A stretch of DNA of 64,000 nt from Parasitella parasitica NRRL 2501. Taxonomy: Eukaryota > Fungi > Mucoromycota. The position numbers were made by a program, and so were the translations under genes. This document shows positions 50,951 through 64,000 of this stretch, one piece after another. The notes below the pieces were generated by a model, which worked only from the letters and a program-made list of their open reading frames with translations, searched no databases and was not told the DNA's origin. The DNA lies in the NCBI GenBank assembly GCA_025201805.1, contig MU619272.1, forward strand, positions 134,105 through 198,104. Direction: 5' to 3'. Position 1 is the stretch's first letter. Every line of letters starts with the position of its first letter.

Positions 50951-52849
50951 TTTATGTATTGATGGTGAGTTAAAAAGAAAAAGGAAGAAATGAAGGATCC
51001 AAAGGAAATTTTCATGCTATATTTATACTTCTTCGACATGTCATGTTTTCTTTATGCGGGAATTAAGGGACTTTGCCTAAACTCAACCCCAGCAATGTGT
51101 GTGTTTATTGCATGCATACTATAAACTTCTTGCTTCTCTATTGCACACACACACAATTTCTCTCTGCAAGTAGCAATACATGCCATGTGTGTATTTAGAA
51201 GATCATATATCGAGTGATTGAATTGTCCTAATTTAGTGCACCGTTAATTTTTAACCGCCAAGATGCCGATTTTTGTAATAGATTGACAGACCCATAGACC
51301 GTTACATTGAACCGGTTTTTTTTACAAAATAACTCATATCATAAGCTATCATATTTTGTCAATTCGTTCTGTTTATTAGATAAAAAACCAACTCGGCAAA
51401 ATCAATCTAACTATTTATCGAGAGAAATGACATAAAATGGTATAAATGTATTAATAAAACGAAGATGGTAATAAATACCGCTTTCGATCTTGGGTTGGTA
51501 CAAGAAAATGGACCAAACATCTTCTTTATTTTTGAAAAGTTGTATTTACTAGATTTGAAATCAATTTTGACATGATGGAAACCAAGTTTTTAAATTTTGG
51601 ATGTTTATGTATAATGATCTCCACCAGACGATTATGCGGCTTCCCATTTGTCCCAGCACTGTAAAATTGCATGTTAGGTGCAGCTGTGGCAACGATTACT
51701 TCTTGGCTTGTACTGATAGGTGTGGGCTAGTCTCTTTTTTTTAACACCTTTGGGCAATCCACAAAATAAACATGCATTAGGATAATATTGCTCAGGATGG
51801 ATAGTCATGTACCCTCCCGCTCCAAATATATAGTGTGCCGCTGGTATGATAGAATTGCCGCAACTGATGCTACTGATTTGATGATTATTAGATCCGCTTC
51901 TATAAAAGCTCGCAGAATCCATACAGCAATGTATATTTAGATATAAGATGACAGACAAGAAAAAAAATAACCGAGGATGAGTTTGTTGGTGTCTTAGACT
52001 ATCGACAATCAACTGTGGCTCTTGAAGCAATGCTGCATGAAAGCATGTGCCGTCCTGCAGCCATATTTACATCTCTAAACATATATGTATGCTTTGGACA
52101 TGGGATTCATCAAGTAACTGAACAATCTGTTATGTTTTCTGATAAAAGTGCTTAACAATATATTGCCGAGATATTACTTCAACTTGTGGATGCTTAAAAC
52201 AGTATCGGCTCTAACTCTATAAAGCAAAAATGTTTCGTTGATTTGTCAATGTTTGTCAATGTCTGTCGCCTATCAAGTTGTAGTACAGTACATCAATTAA
52301 CACACTATTTAACTAATGTAGTATAACAATACAGCTGCCTAAACACTATATTGATAGCTTGATGCCATTCTCAAACCATATAAGTTTCGTGTGATTCAAA
52401 CTTTTATTCATTCTGTACAATCATTCATCCTATATTTTGAGCTATTTTGGATTTATAATTGACATTTTCTAAATGACAATCTTTCTTCAAACTTGCATAA
52501 ATGATGTATTCCTGCTTAAATTAGTTTTTAATCGATTTATGTCTTGATATTCTTGAAGCTAAATTTAGAATTTGAATAACTGCTTTGTTAACAATCTAAA
52601 TGTTCAAATATTATATAAAGCTATTCTTGTAAGAAGTTAGAAAAATGTGAATCTTTTTGACCTTTATTATATAGAACGCGTATATTATATAACAGCTCCA
52701 GCTTTACGATTCCCAGATGTGATTTATTAAAGAAAATATCTAATTATACAAACAACGAACAGTATTATACAATTGATGTAAGAATGCAGGTTTCGTCCAG
52801 AATGATAGAAATAACCTAACAAGCAATAGTCAAAACTTGTTAAAATTTG

Positions 52850-53225
52850 GATACGCTGTGGAATGGTGCAAACGAGTAGAGTTGTTTGACTAAAGGTGGA
52901 GCCTCTGTTAATTATTTTGCAGTGATGTTATTAGATATTCAAAATCATGGTGTAGTGAGGTACAGTTATTATAGTAGTATTAGGATGTATACTTGCCTTG
53001 GACCCCAAATCCGTACCTAAAAATGACCTTGAAGGTTGACCCAAAGTTAAAAACTGAGAATCGAATATGAGGTTTGGGGTTCAAACATGGCAAAATCTGA
53101 AAAATGGTCAGAGGTACACAAGGGTCAGATATGTTGTAGAATGGTGCAAAAGGAAAAGATTTCAGCTAAAGGTTGTAGATCTATCGCTTAGTAGTTTGCA
53201 AAGATATTAGAGATTGCAAATTAAA
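52850..53225. repeat. Non-coding element with two diverged ~90-bp direct repeats flanking an inverted repeat (probable non-autonomous TE relic)
   Basis: GAATGGTGCAAA...CTAAAGGT...TTTGCA...ATTAGA occurs at about 52860-52940 and 53139-53215; between them TTGGACCCCAAAT / GTTTGGGGTTCAA. Confidence 0.5.
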
Positions 53226-53426
53226 GCCTTTTAGCAAGGAAAAAGACAATGGTTTAAATTGTGTAGCATTTACTTCAACCAAAATAAATCTGCATAAAAA
53301 ACTGGTTTATGGCGGGTTACATTCAGCATATCAGCTATCGAAAATGGATAGTTACAAAGTACGTAATTATATCGATAGTAACAAAGGCAAGCATAGTTTT
53401 ATAATTAATATAGTTTGGTGCATAAT

Positions 53427-55262
53427 TTAGTTTTTCCTCTTGTTTAACGCCGTCTTAATATAATGCTCCAGCAGTTCAATGCAAACACTAGCATCCTCTA
53501 AAGAATCGTGGCCTTCAGTGCCAGTCTGAATAAATTTCTTTAAATGAATCGATGTTAGTCCTCGCAAACTGTTTCGGTATGGTAAGCCATTCTTATGAGG
53601 AAAAAGCTATGTAGACACAGTTTCATTAGAACGCATATTCTGATGAGAGAAAACAAAAATACTAACAGCTACTGTATCAATCACATTAGTATGGATGATT
53701 CTTAATGCATTCAGATCATTTTCAAGGCCATGGCCAACAATAACGGTATCCTGATCAATGTGTTTAAATAGCTCTTTCCTTAGGCCGTTCAAGTCAAACT
53801 TGGCCCCTTCTAGTGTTGTGATGCCACTGTAACGTGAATTCAAATCCACAATCATGTTAAATGGCAGGACTAACTCGTCCACAAGAACCTTCATGTCCTC
53901 ATCAACAGCAGTTAAACGAATTAGCTCCATTCCTGCGGTCGTGTAACCCATTTCGCAATCCAGTGCCACCAATCTTTGTCTCTTATCCGAGCTTACGCGC
54001 AAAGGCGCCTTTACATACGGAATCTTTTTGTGCAGAACAGCTGCATCTTCGTCTTTATACACATGTGGGCCTCTTGTACACCCCACACTTCCCAAAGGAT
54101 CTTCACAGCAAGCGTATACCTTTTCTTTTAAACCGTCCACTTTCATCATCCTCATTCTATTAGGATGGTAAACACAAGCGTCCATATCGTCTTTATCCAA
54201 AACGGCCTTGATCAAATAATCTTGTCGACAGCGATCGCATTCGTGAATACTTCCCACCATGTCAACTGCTTTCCAAGTGTTTGTGTCGCTCTCCTTCAAC
54301 ACTTCAGGCAGTGGATATTTTAATTCCTTTAGCATATCCAGATCCAGAACACATTCCGTTATTCTACTTATCCAAGCCGACTTTAAAGCTTCCTCCTCTT
54401 TGGGATCAATCCATTCACCATCTAAACCAACGTCCGTAGCACAAGTGCTGAGAGGCCGTTTTTTGAGATGCATCAATACGTTTGTTGCAGCTTGCTTGTA
54501 GCCTGCCTGGTTGGATGTAGCTGCTAAAATTTTTTCTTCTTGCTGCTTTGCATGATCGGTTGCCACAGTAGGACATTCTGCTAGGATAGGGCCGTAAATG
54601 CGAGCATACGCTTCATACAGTTTGGTTGCAATCAACTAGGGAATGCTGATGCTAAATTATTCGGATAAGCTAAACAGCTTATTTTCTGTCTTACCTGTCG
54701 CATCTTTAATGGGATAGTCGACTTGATGTTTGGGACAACCGTAGGTGGTCCTGTAGCTTTTGCTTTGAACTGCCAAATGAATCCAGGTCAGCTTGCCTTT
54801 CTGCATCACATTATGTCAAAACTCACTGTGGCTGTGTGTGCTGTCCTCTTTCTAGCTTCGACTGCACTTATGCCGCTTGCAGGCCTTGCTGGCAGAGGCG
54901 CTGGTTTTGGGGGTCTGTTCATTATAGATGAAGACGATTCATACTTTTTTGAAGCAGCTACTATCTTTGGAGCTGTCCTTGGTACTACAATATTTGCTAT
55001 TTACAACAGTACTTGGAGATATAAACATCGCATTACCTTCTGGAATAAGCGTTGGGATTAAAGGGGCTGGTCTTTTTACATTCAAAGAAGCCACAGGTTC
55101 AGTTTTTTTCGCTGGGCCTGCTAATTTTTGTCTTTTGAGTTGCTCTGGTATGCAAGCTTCATCCGCCCTTGGCCTTTTGTGAGAGTAAAAGCAAGGATTT
55201 CGAAGACATCTTGGGTACAAGGGACATGGAATTGATTTGAAAAGTCCTAATGATCGAAGCAT
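53427..55262 (-). CDS. REX3: RNA exonuclease 3 (Rex3/REXO1, DEDDh)
   Basis: N-terminal CPLYPRCLRNPCFYSH; CVYHP..YACC..GC..GPH; ALDCEMGYT, VGHGLENDL, GHDSLEDA. Confidence 0.9.
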
Positions 55263-55439
55263 ATTTGGCCAAGTGAAAAAAATAAAAAGAACACCCCTTC
55301 CTCAATCATGGTTTAATCTATGCTCATCGCCTATTGAAACCTTCTCCTGCTGTCTCCTGCTGCCTTTTCGCTTTCTCTCACTACCTCCCTCACATGCCCA
55401 AGATATCAGTAAACTCAAAATGAAATTCTCTAGATTTAT

Positions 55440-58400
55440 TTATTTGGTATTGTAGCTGTGAATTGAAGTAGCATTTACTAAGGCTCTGTTACGACTATCG
55501 ACTTGAGGAGGAATTGCTGTGATTGAAGCGAGGCCGGAATCAGATGAGATATGCCTTCGCTTGTTTGATCTGTTGCTACGCCAATTCTCGACTTCAATCA
55601 TATGGTATGTGATACCATTATCAAGCCCAAATGGGTTTGATTCAGGAACTGTCTCATCTGTAACATGTTCGGTTATTGCGACAATTCTAGCTACAATCCA
55701 CTCTCTATTCTGCATTTGGGCCGCAATATTTTCAGTGCTCTTCAAAAAGTAATGGGGAGCATTAATGTTGAAAGCAGCCCACGGCTTGCCTGACGAATTA
55801 CGGGTTGGGAGAAGCAAGGTCAAGTCCCCTACTTTAAAACTTTTTGGTATAACATAAACAAAATGTAAGTCATCTACATATATCTATTTATCTATCATCA
55901 ATATTCCATGATTGTCCTACTTTTTAAATGCAATTCGATCAGTCTGCTCTTTGTTCAATGCATCGTATTTCTCTGTTGTAAAAAAAAAATTAGACTACTG
56001 CAAGCAACGGATATTTGCGTGTATGCATACCTTTGATGCTTCGGTATTCTTTCTTGAACTGCTTGGCTTGGTTGTAAGTATCACGGACATACTTTACAAC
56101 ACTAAATACAAATTTTTGGGTGTTAACAGCAGAAGATAATTGCAGTATTTCATTCCATATAGCAGCATCATCATCGCTTGGAGTAACCGTTGTCGAAAGA
56201 GCAATCAGCTCATTCTTCTCCATTGGCATTTGCAGTTGAGTGACAATTTCAAACATAACATGTTTTCTGAAATCTTCCAGTTTGTCTGCCATCCTACTTG
56301 CAACAGATCTCCATTCGTTATGCGTATCAATGAGATTTGAATAGCCCTCAGTTACATCGGTTAATTCTTGAGTTGCTGCTTCCAGATTGTCTTTATTGAT
56401 AGCGAATTCCTTTTCAAACCCTTCTAAATTCTCTCTAAACAGATCCACATAACCATCCAGACTCATTGATTTTAACTCTTGGTCACTGGGCCTGAACCGC
56501 CTGAGGAGTTTTCTAACAGCGGTGTCTACGGCGCTTTGTTCCTCTCTTATGCTGTTGAGCTCTTCGTTCTTGGTATACCAATCGTCTTGGCATTGCTTCA
56601 CCATGGTTCGAGTCTGCTCTTGCAATTCCTTGATATGTTCAGTAGCCCGATCCTTTTCCTCCATGTCAGCATGTAGCAGGCTTAGTTGCTCTTCGTATGA
56701 TGCACGTTCTGTTTCTAATTTATCTTTTAGGGCGTCCATATTTTCACAAAGCTGTTCTAAGCGCCATTGCAATTCTTGTTTCTCTTGTTGTAGTTGGTTA
56801 ATTTCATCTTTATGTTTTGATAAAACGGAATCAAGTTTTGATGCATGCTCAATTTCCAAATCCTTCTTTGCTTGTTTCTCTTTGCCAATCAATGTGTTTA
56901 ACTGTTGGATTTTCTTCTGGTGATCGATAAGTAGAGAATTGAGCTCCGAGGCATGCTCGATTTCGAGATTCTTTTTCATACGATTTTCTTCTTCTAGTCG
57001 ATACTGCAAATCAGATAGCTATGAAGATGCAAAGAGTAGCTGTAAGCGTCCAGTATGAATCTATTATATCGCCATTAATTTACCTTGGTATTAAAATCTT
57101 CTTCTGCACTGGCAATTCTAAAGTCTGCAGATTTGTCCTTGTTTTTAATTTCGTTCAAGAACTACGCAAAGAAATGTCAATCACGCACATCGAAAAAGCA
57201 GCCGTTTCGACTTACACTTCGTTTGGCAGATTCGAGATCTTCTTTTTCAGTTTCCAGCTAAAGAAAAAAAAAGGGGGGGGGGGCTTTGTTGGCACGTAAA
57301 GCACTTGATGTATCTTGATAACTTACAATTTTTATAACGTCTTTTAGTTGACTGATTTCTTCTGTTTGGTCCATATTTTCTTGTTCTAGTCGATCAATTT
57401 CTTCCCTGACAGCACTAAGCTCTGATTTCACAGCGGTCAATTCCTCTTGACATTGATTCTTTTCAGACTGCATTGATTCTTTCTCTCGTCGGAGCTCTTC
57501 ATTATCTCGTTTAAGCTTTTCATTTTGTTCCAATATTGTTTTATCATTGCCGATCAGATGGTATATGGATGAGGTGGGTGAAGTCAACTTTGAAGATCTG
57601 ACATCAATAGCATCTATTTCAGGCTTTAAAGACATAGAGCCTTGAATCTCCTCGAGTTGCCCAATATCCTTCACGTTAAACAAATGGTCTTTTATCGACA
57701 TTATCCATTGCAATCGCATACCGTCCAATTCTTTCTTCATCTCATTGAGAACGTTGAAGAATGATTTATCCTTGTCAAACTTCTTTAGTGATCCGCTTGA
57801 ATCGCTCCGACTACTATTACTTTCAGGACTATTGAATGCTCGAGGACTATCGGCAATTCCAGGTGTATCAACGTAAAGATGTCGAATGACAGAAATAAAT
57901 TCGGTTATGTCGTTGATATCCATGTTTATGTGCGTATTCTTATCATTGCCGTTGACTGAAATTTCGGATTGGGGTGAAGCATTATCGATCTCACGCACTA
58001 TAAGCACATATAGTAAGTGAACAATAGTCTCTCTCCCCCCCCCAAGGATTTACTCACTGGAAAGTCTAAATGGCATATCCTTGACGACCTTTTGTCTAAA
58101 ATATTCTCTGCGGCTTTCTTCAGTAGATCGATACTGGCCGAGAATATCGCCTATCAAACTTGAATTGGTTACAAGAAGCTATTACGCAACAATGTCAATA
58201 ATGAAGTTTAATTCTATACAATAATATTAAAGCGCTTACTGTAGTATATTCCTTTCTACGCAAAAGTTCAATCATAATGGCACCCTAATTTCAAATCAAT
58301 ACATGGCAAACCACATCAAGTTGTGGCTACTTACATATGAAAATACAATCTGAGGAAGTATTTGTAGATCATTGCCTTTGTATTTTTTGCGAAAGTCTTC

Positions 58401-60022
58401 CATAAAGCTAGCATTGTTGTCTATTTGGATATTCACTTCATGAAGGATCATTTGGAAGTTCGAAACGGCTTTCATGCAACTGATAAGCACAGAAATTGCG
58501 TTTTTCTTTGAGTTTAGTAACTGGTCTGTTCTTTTTCGTACAGCTAGTTCGTATTCAGCCATCTTTGGCAATGATTCCTCAATATTTATCTGTGCGAAAT
58601 GTAAAAACGATTCAAAGACCTTGGACGACGATGCATTCTTTGAGCTTTTTCTAGTCTGTTGTGTACTTGCTGCAATAGACGTCTCAGCTACAGGAGAGGT
58701 GTCGTAGTTAGAGAAGGCAGTTGATTCATCGAAACGAGATTCGTCTAACGATAAAGAATTGAATTGCCCAGATAGAGGAGTGCTACTCACGAGAGAGAGT
58801 TTCTCGTAAGCACGCTGTAAATCCCGCTTCATTTTGCTTTGTTTTTGTTGCAGTGCTTTTCTGTAGCTGGTAATTTCCTGAAAAATATCACGCAGAGTGT
58901 ACATGTTGATGCTTTTCTGAACTCTATCTTGTAAAAATCTGGTATCAGTATCGATTTCTTGGAGAAAAGTCTTTAATTCGAGAAAATCTTTTGACAAACG
59001 ATCGCATAATTTCACAGTATCTGATTTGATTTCGAAAATAGCCTGTTGATCTACAAAATCAATGAGGTACTGTTTGGATTGATCTTCAGGAATCAAGACG
59101 GATTTTACTGAATCGTGTATTTGTAGTTTGTTCAAGAACAGCAGGTCTCGCTCCACATTGGCAAGGATTGGCTTTTGTTTTGATAGCTCTTGTTCCACTC
59201 TGCGAAGATATCTAGAAAGTTTTGCTTTTGTAGGGTTGGTATGTGTTTCCAGGTTTTTCATTGCTACATTTAATGCATTTCGCTGAATTTCATGTTCATT
59301 GACCAATCTGCCAGACAACTCATAATGCGTAGTTACTGCGTCTATTAATGACTGATGCATGATTGAGTAACAGTTTATCTATGAGACCATGTGTTTAGTT
59401 TTACCCTGCTGTAGTTATCAATTGCGTTGAATAATTTCAAGGTCTCTTTGCAGGCTTCGTCTTTCGAGAGTGTTTTCAACGATCTTTTAAACTGTTTTGT
59501 CAACGAGGTTCCTACATGACATTAACATTTAGTCTTGTGCAACCTGACTATGCCACAAGTGTGCCTTTTCTTACCGTCAATTGGGAGTATTGTACGTTCT
59601 AACACAGGTATCTCTTCCTCTAGCAACAGCTGCATATTCTCGTTTTCTTCAGAAAGATAGCATCTGGTATCATAGCATAAAACGATAGACTCGTCCTATG
59701 GAGACAAATAATAAAAAGCTGAGTATATAGCATCCTGCCATTGTTGACAAAAAAAACATACACTTCCTTGGGATTGAAGAACCCGAAGTAGATTTGTATC
59801 TTTTACTTGGACGCCTAGACTCGTCATCAGCACTTGTTTATCGATAGGCACTCCGCAAGCGTTCTCTATTGCTTCTTTCAAATCGGATAATCTGTGTGGT
59901 GAGGAAGGCTAATCGGTTAATTCTTTGCAACTGCTTTTTTGACATGTTTGTTTTTACGTTTTGATATTGCTGGTATTGAAGCACTTTATCTGTATCCCTG
60001 TTTCCGACCTATACACTTTCAT
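55440..60022 (-). CDS. ATG11: Autophagy scaffold Atg11/RB1CC1 (multi-exon)
   Basis: N-terminal ubiquitin-like MKVYRSETG.., QRNALNVAMKNLETH, long coiled coil, C-terminal claw [37 protein letters not shown]. Confidence 0.92.
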
Positions 60023-60399
60023 CTTGGTTTGGTTATACTGAAGAAAAAGGGAAAAAAAGAAAAGAGGAAACTGGAAGAAATGAAAATCAAGTGTTTTTTA
60101 TTTCTTTTTTTGGCATAAGCTCTATCTCATTCGCAAATGCGTACAGTATCACACGACACTTGCTTGTTAAGGAAATAAAGCGTTGAGATCCTTACATATT
60201 ATCCCAAAGCTAACATATCAAAATACACATATAATAATTAATCAAATCGTAGAAGAAAACTTCGGCAAAGCACGTTCTTCTGATACAAATAACTCCCACT
60301 GTTGCCTTGCCATTGAGAGGTTCCTTTTTATAATTATAATGCAAATGAAAAATTCAGTCTTTTACGCATCCCGTAATTTACTTTCGTCCAAAAATACTT

Positions 60400-61965
60400 T
60401 CTGATCAAAAGACCAAGTGGTTCAAACCTTGGCATAAGAGAGTGACTAAAGACCAAAAAAATTATCCTTTGAATGGAACGAGAGCCACCGTTGGATTATG
60501 TTTCAAGAAAGCCTGTTGAAAACAGGTCCAGAAGCTCGTTTTTCTGTTCCCATCGAGTACCTGGACTCTGCCCAAAACTCAGAGTGGATTTGGGGCGCTA
60601 AATGTTCATCTTCAATACTGCATTATACTTTAGTTGGATTCAACCTCTTCTATTAAGCCCTTCTCAATTGGCGAGTATAGATCACTTGTATAGCATGTTA
60701 ATTCATTATATCGAGAACATCAATCACACTGCCCATCATCATATTCCCTTGCTTCTGTCTAACCCCCCAGAGGAAGTTTCATTCGGAAAGGACGGATCGC
60801 AACCATAGATATTATATTTCACTGTATTGACTCCATTCCAAGAACTATGACACTGTCCGGCTCAATCATCACTCTGCTCTGTAATTATTGCTACAAGTTG
60901 TCTTCTTTCCACGTCGTCTCAGTCCATTCCGGATCCCTTAAAAGATCAGGGACATGACAGTTTCGGATGTGTTTCTATGGTACACGATGCTGTAGACAGT
61001 TTCTGCATTGAAAAGATACCCAGGATACTTTGCTTCGTCATTGGAAACAGGCTCCTGCCACACTCTTTCATGCATTCAGTTTGGGGAGCCACAATTGCAA
61101 CCCTTTTTCCAACCGTTGTGCTGTCCGAGCGAGTCCCCTAACACGTCGTCTGCAGTGTTCTCAATGATTGACATTAATCCTTTTGCGCTCCATTTCGCAT
61201 TTCCGGATGAGGCCAACATATTCTCCGAGATCTCCACCAAGTCTTTTTGACAGCTTTGCTCTATTCTTTTTGTGCCAACGCATTTGATTTCACTCTGCTC
61301 TGACTCATGGAGATTGTTTTGGTCATTAGCTGTGACGATGATACAGAGAAATGTCGTATACCGATTAAACACCAACAGCATCCCGCATAAATCCCTCCTC
61401 CATAGAATTTTTCCAGATCAGCAACCTTCCCCACTATGTGCTGTTTGCTCACTCACAGTTAATTCCTCTACCCATTTTCTCTTCTGTTGTCCAGTCAAAG
61501 TCAAATTTTGGCAGACTGTTGTATTCGAATTTCTGTGGTCCACGGCCTCCATCAATGCTATTATTGCGCCTATACTCTCTCTCTCTCTATTTCTATACTA
61601 TTTGCTATAGCCAGCACAGCGCTGTCATTGGGCATATCTTGGTTTTCATAGCCTTGGCTAACATTTGGAGAAATCATTTCCGCTTCATCTTTGGTGACAT
61701 TCCTTTCGCTGCAGCCGTGGTACTGGCCAGCATCCAATTCAATTTATTCCAACGCATTGATGAAGATACAGTCCATTCCACACTGCAGCATACGAGTAAT
61801 GTCATCGTAATATCATTCCAATGAAGAAACCCCTTTTCTAATTATTCATTTATTTGATATTATATTATTCACTTTGTTTTAATATCATTTAGCCTTCCAT
61901 GTCTGGCGTCCGCCTCTTGAGCCAGTCTTACCACTAGGCTTTACACAGAGGAATCAATAAAAAAA
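60400..61965 (+). mobile_element. 5'-truncated, decayed non-LTR retrotransposon (L1/Tx1-like)
   Basis: zf-RVT-like WRLFWSL..QRNVVYRL..IPHKSLLHRIFP..SPLCAVC..STHFLFCCPVKVKFW and LANIWRNHFRFIF; many stops and frameshifts; AATAAA/A-rich end near 61956-61965. Confidence 0.8.
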
Positions 61966-62329
61966 TTTCGCGCTTGTCAATTACCAAAATTCGCTTCAGG
62001 CTGCATACAAATTTGCTATGCATAATCTTGATGATACTATTTGCAAGTCTTACTATATTCATGTATTATTGTCGACATTTAGCCTCGTATTCATTCTATA
62101 ATAAAGAATTGTATACGGTATAGTTGTTTTCACAACACTCAGTACAGTAACTTACACATGGTGATCGTAGTCCATTAATGAGATAGGCCTAACTTTTTTT
62201 ACTTTCGTTGAATAAGCAAAATGTGCAATAATTTCTTTTACAAAGATGGTCAGGGTAGCATTGTGGGTGAGCAGGGAAATGAAACTATGAATTTGGAGAA
62301 TTTTTTTAGGTGGTCGATCCTTTCAATCT

Positions 62330-62530
62330 TAGAACTTCAAGGACAATAGTCCAGTGCCGATCTTACTAAAATTGCTTTCCTGCTGAACCCACAGAAAAGC
62401 TTGATGTTGAAATGGAGGAAGCAGCTGAAGAATTATCGAATGAAGTGGCAGGTGGTAGATGGAAAATATAATGTCTATTCCGACAAGCATAAGGCTGTTT
62501 TCAATTTATTGAAACGCCAGCTTCTCAAAC
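62330..62530 (+). mobile_element. Possible Tc1/IS630-like transposase N-terminal remnant
   Basis: DVEMEE...KYNVYSDKHKAVF fragments resemble the N-terminus of the family suggested at 17440 (from memory); heavily disrupted. Confidence 0.3.
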
Positions 62531-63665
62531 ACTCACATATCTTTGTTGAGACTAGCAATTCTCTGGATAACTAATCCATTGCATTATTTGCATCAGAAAG
62601 GAACACAATGATTGATATTACGGATGACATATATCCAGGAGTCATAGATATCGTGTGTTTTTTTTGGAAAAATGTGCAATCATAATGGCTTCCATGTGAT
62701 GATTCATTCTATTAAAAGATGTCAAAAGGTCTGGTTTGGATCTGCTTTAGTTTATCCAAGCAACTCGGACATTCAAACGGTTTCGTTTGTTAGTTTGCTC
62801 AGTGATCAGTCAACAGCATGACAAGCTACGAAGTAGCATTACTTATATAGTACAAAAAGAGTCATTCATTCTTTTGTACTCTAGCTTGACATCCAGTTGC
62901 TTAAGTTTTATTGCGTATAATGAATCAACAACATGCCTTATTAAATTAAATAAGCTCGCCGTTTCGACGTCCTTTTCAAGCTAGTTAAAGATATAAAAGT
63001 ACTACCATTAGAAAGCCAAGAAGCACACCATCTAAATAAACTAAATTGTGATTGTTTTTCTTCTAAACTGTGTAAGCTATGGCTTCTCAAAGCTAATACT
63101 TTCTTCAAAATAACACCATTTTCATTGAGAGCGGAGATTAAACGCATCCAAAATCAGGAAGAAGAAATTCTTTCAGAAACTCCATTTGGACAATTCGAAA
63201 CCAAAATTACTTCTTTAAGGCAAAATATCATCCTCTGATACTATGCACACTATTACTATCAGTCTATGATAATAGCTGTATTTTTGGGCGCTCTACACGC
63301 TGGTATCATTTCATGATCCCCGTATGCTTATAGAATAAATTTTGTCGAGAAAACCTCAAAAGCAGATTAAGAGGTAAAAGTCAATATTTGGCTTAATCAG
63401 AGCGCATTTTTAGTCTTTCAGATCAAGGAATGGTCTTTTACGATCATTTTTCTCCAATATATGCCATAGTAAAAAGTTGCATTTTTGGGGTCAAAATCGA
63501 GAATTATGCACTTTCGATGATTTTGGATGTGTGGATACAAGGAAAAAACTGAAAAAATCCGTCATTTTGCATCGAAAAAAAAATTATGCTCAAATTGCGC
63601 CAAAATCATATATTACATGGTCCTTTCTCAATGGATACTATTTCTGGCGTTTTTAGAGCATTTTG

Positions 63666-64000
63666 ATTATCAAAACCAATCAAAAAATGGCATACAAAGC
63701 TAAAGTTTTTACTTTTAAACTGTAAAAAATATTTATCTGGGGATGATATCAGGTCAATATAAATACTAGTACATGAAATAGCTCTATAAAGCAAGTATTT
63801 TTAATGCAACAAGTATACCTTTCTTCATAGTAATATGATAAAACAGGTGTGGCTCATTGAGTTGGAAGTGGAGGGGAATAATTAATGAATACAATGTTTT
63901 GCTGTAATAACCCCTTGTTATTTGTGAATAATTCATAAGCTGCTAATTGCTTGCGACAAAGAAGCCCTTTTACCATTGTTGCTTATAATAATGCTTAATG
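63666..64000 (+). repeat. Dispersed repeat, copy B (runs off the window)
   Basis: Similar to 24276-24586, with an extra segment near 63848-63875. Confidence 0.92.

Noticed and set aside
51674-52030. 118-aa minus-strand ORF
   Set aside because: Non-ATG start and no recognisable domain or splice structure.

Overview
Eukaryotic, AT-rich, gene-dense DNA with many short spliceosomal introns, most consistent with a Mucorales fungus (inferred from intron style and protein resemblance, no database search). About 23 protein-coding genes are supportable, mostly housekeeping: class 3 lipase, GH8 glycanase, PEX14-like, PPG1, CDF zinc transporter, MEX67, PHD protein, RPL26, TRM2, GPN3, peroxisomal acyl-CoA synthetase, paxillin-like, Aurora kinase, PRP5, EFM7/NNT1, HAD_SAK, GSK3, SEC12, REX3, ATG11 and others. 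There is also an intergenic U18/snR18 box C/D snoRNA and several decayed transposon relics (Tc1/IS630-like, Harbinger-like, L1-like, an inverted-repeat-bounded element, a dispersed repeat). The stand-out feature is at the left edge. Positions 1-614 are the spliced C-terminus of a Fanzor (eukaryotic TnpB, RNA-guided nuclease), missed by the ORF track because an intron splits the RuvC-II/zinc-finger junction. It is followed by a two-stem candidate omega-RNA scaffold (675-761). That scaffold lies between a perfect spliceosomal branch point (TACTAAC, 662-668) and the first downstream AG about 100 nt later, which coincides with the candidate element end (CTAG, 766-769). This suggests a possible spliceosome-coupled omega-RNA biogenesis or regulation, which is a hypothesis only. 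Gene spans run from start to stop codon and include introns; exon boundaries were read by eye.
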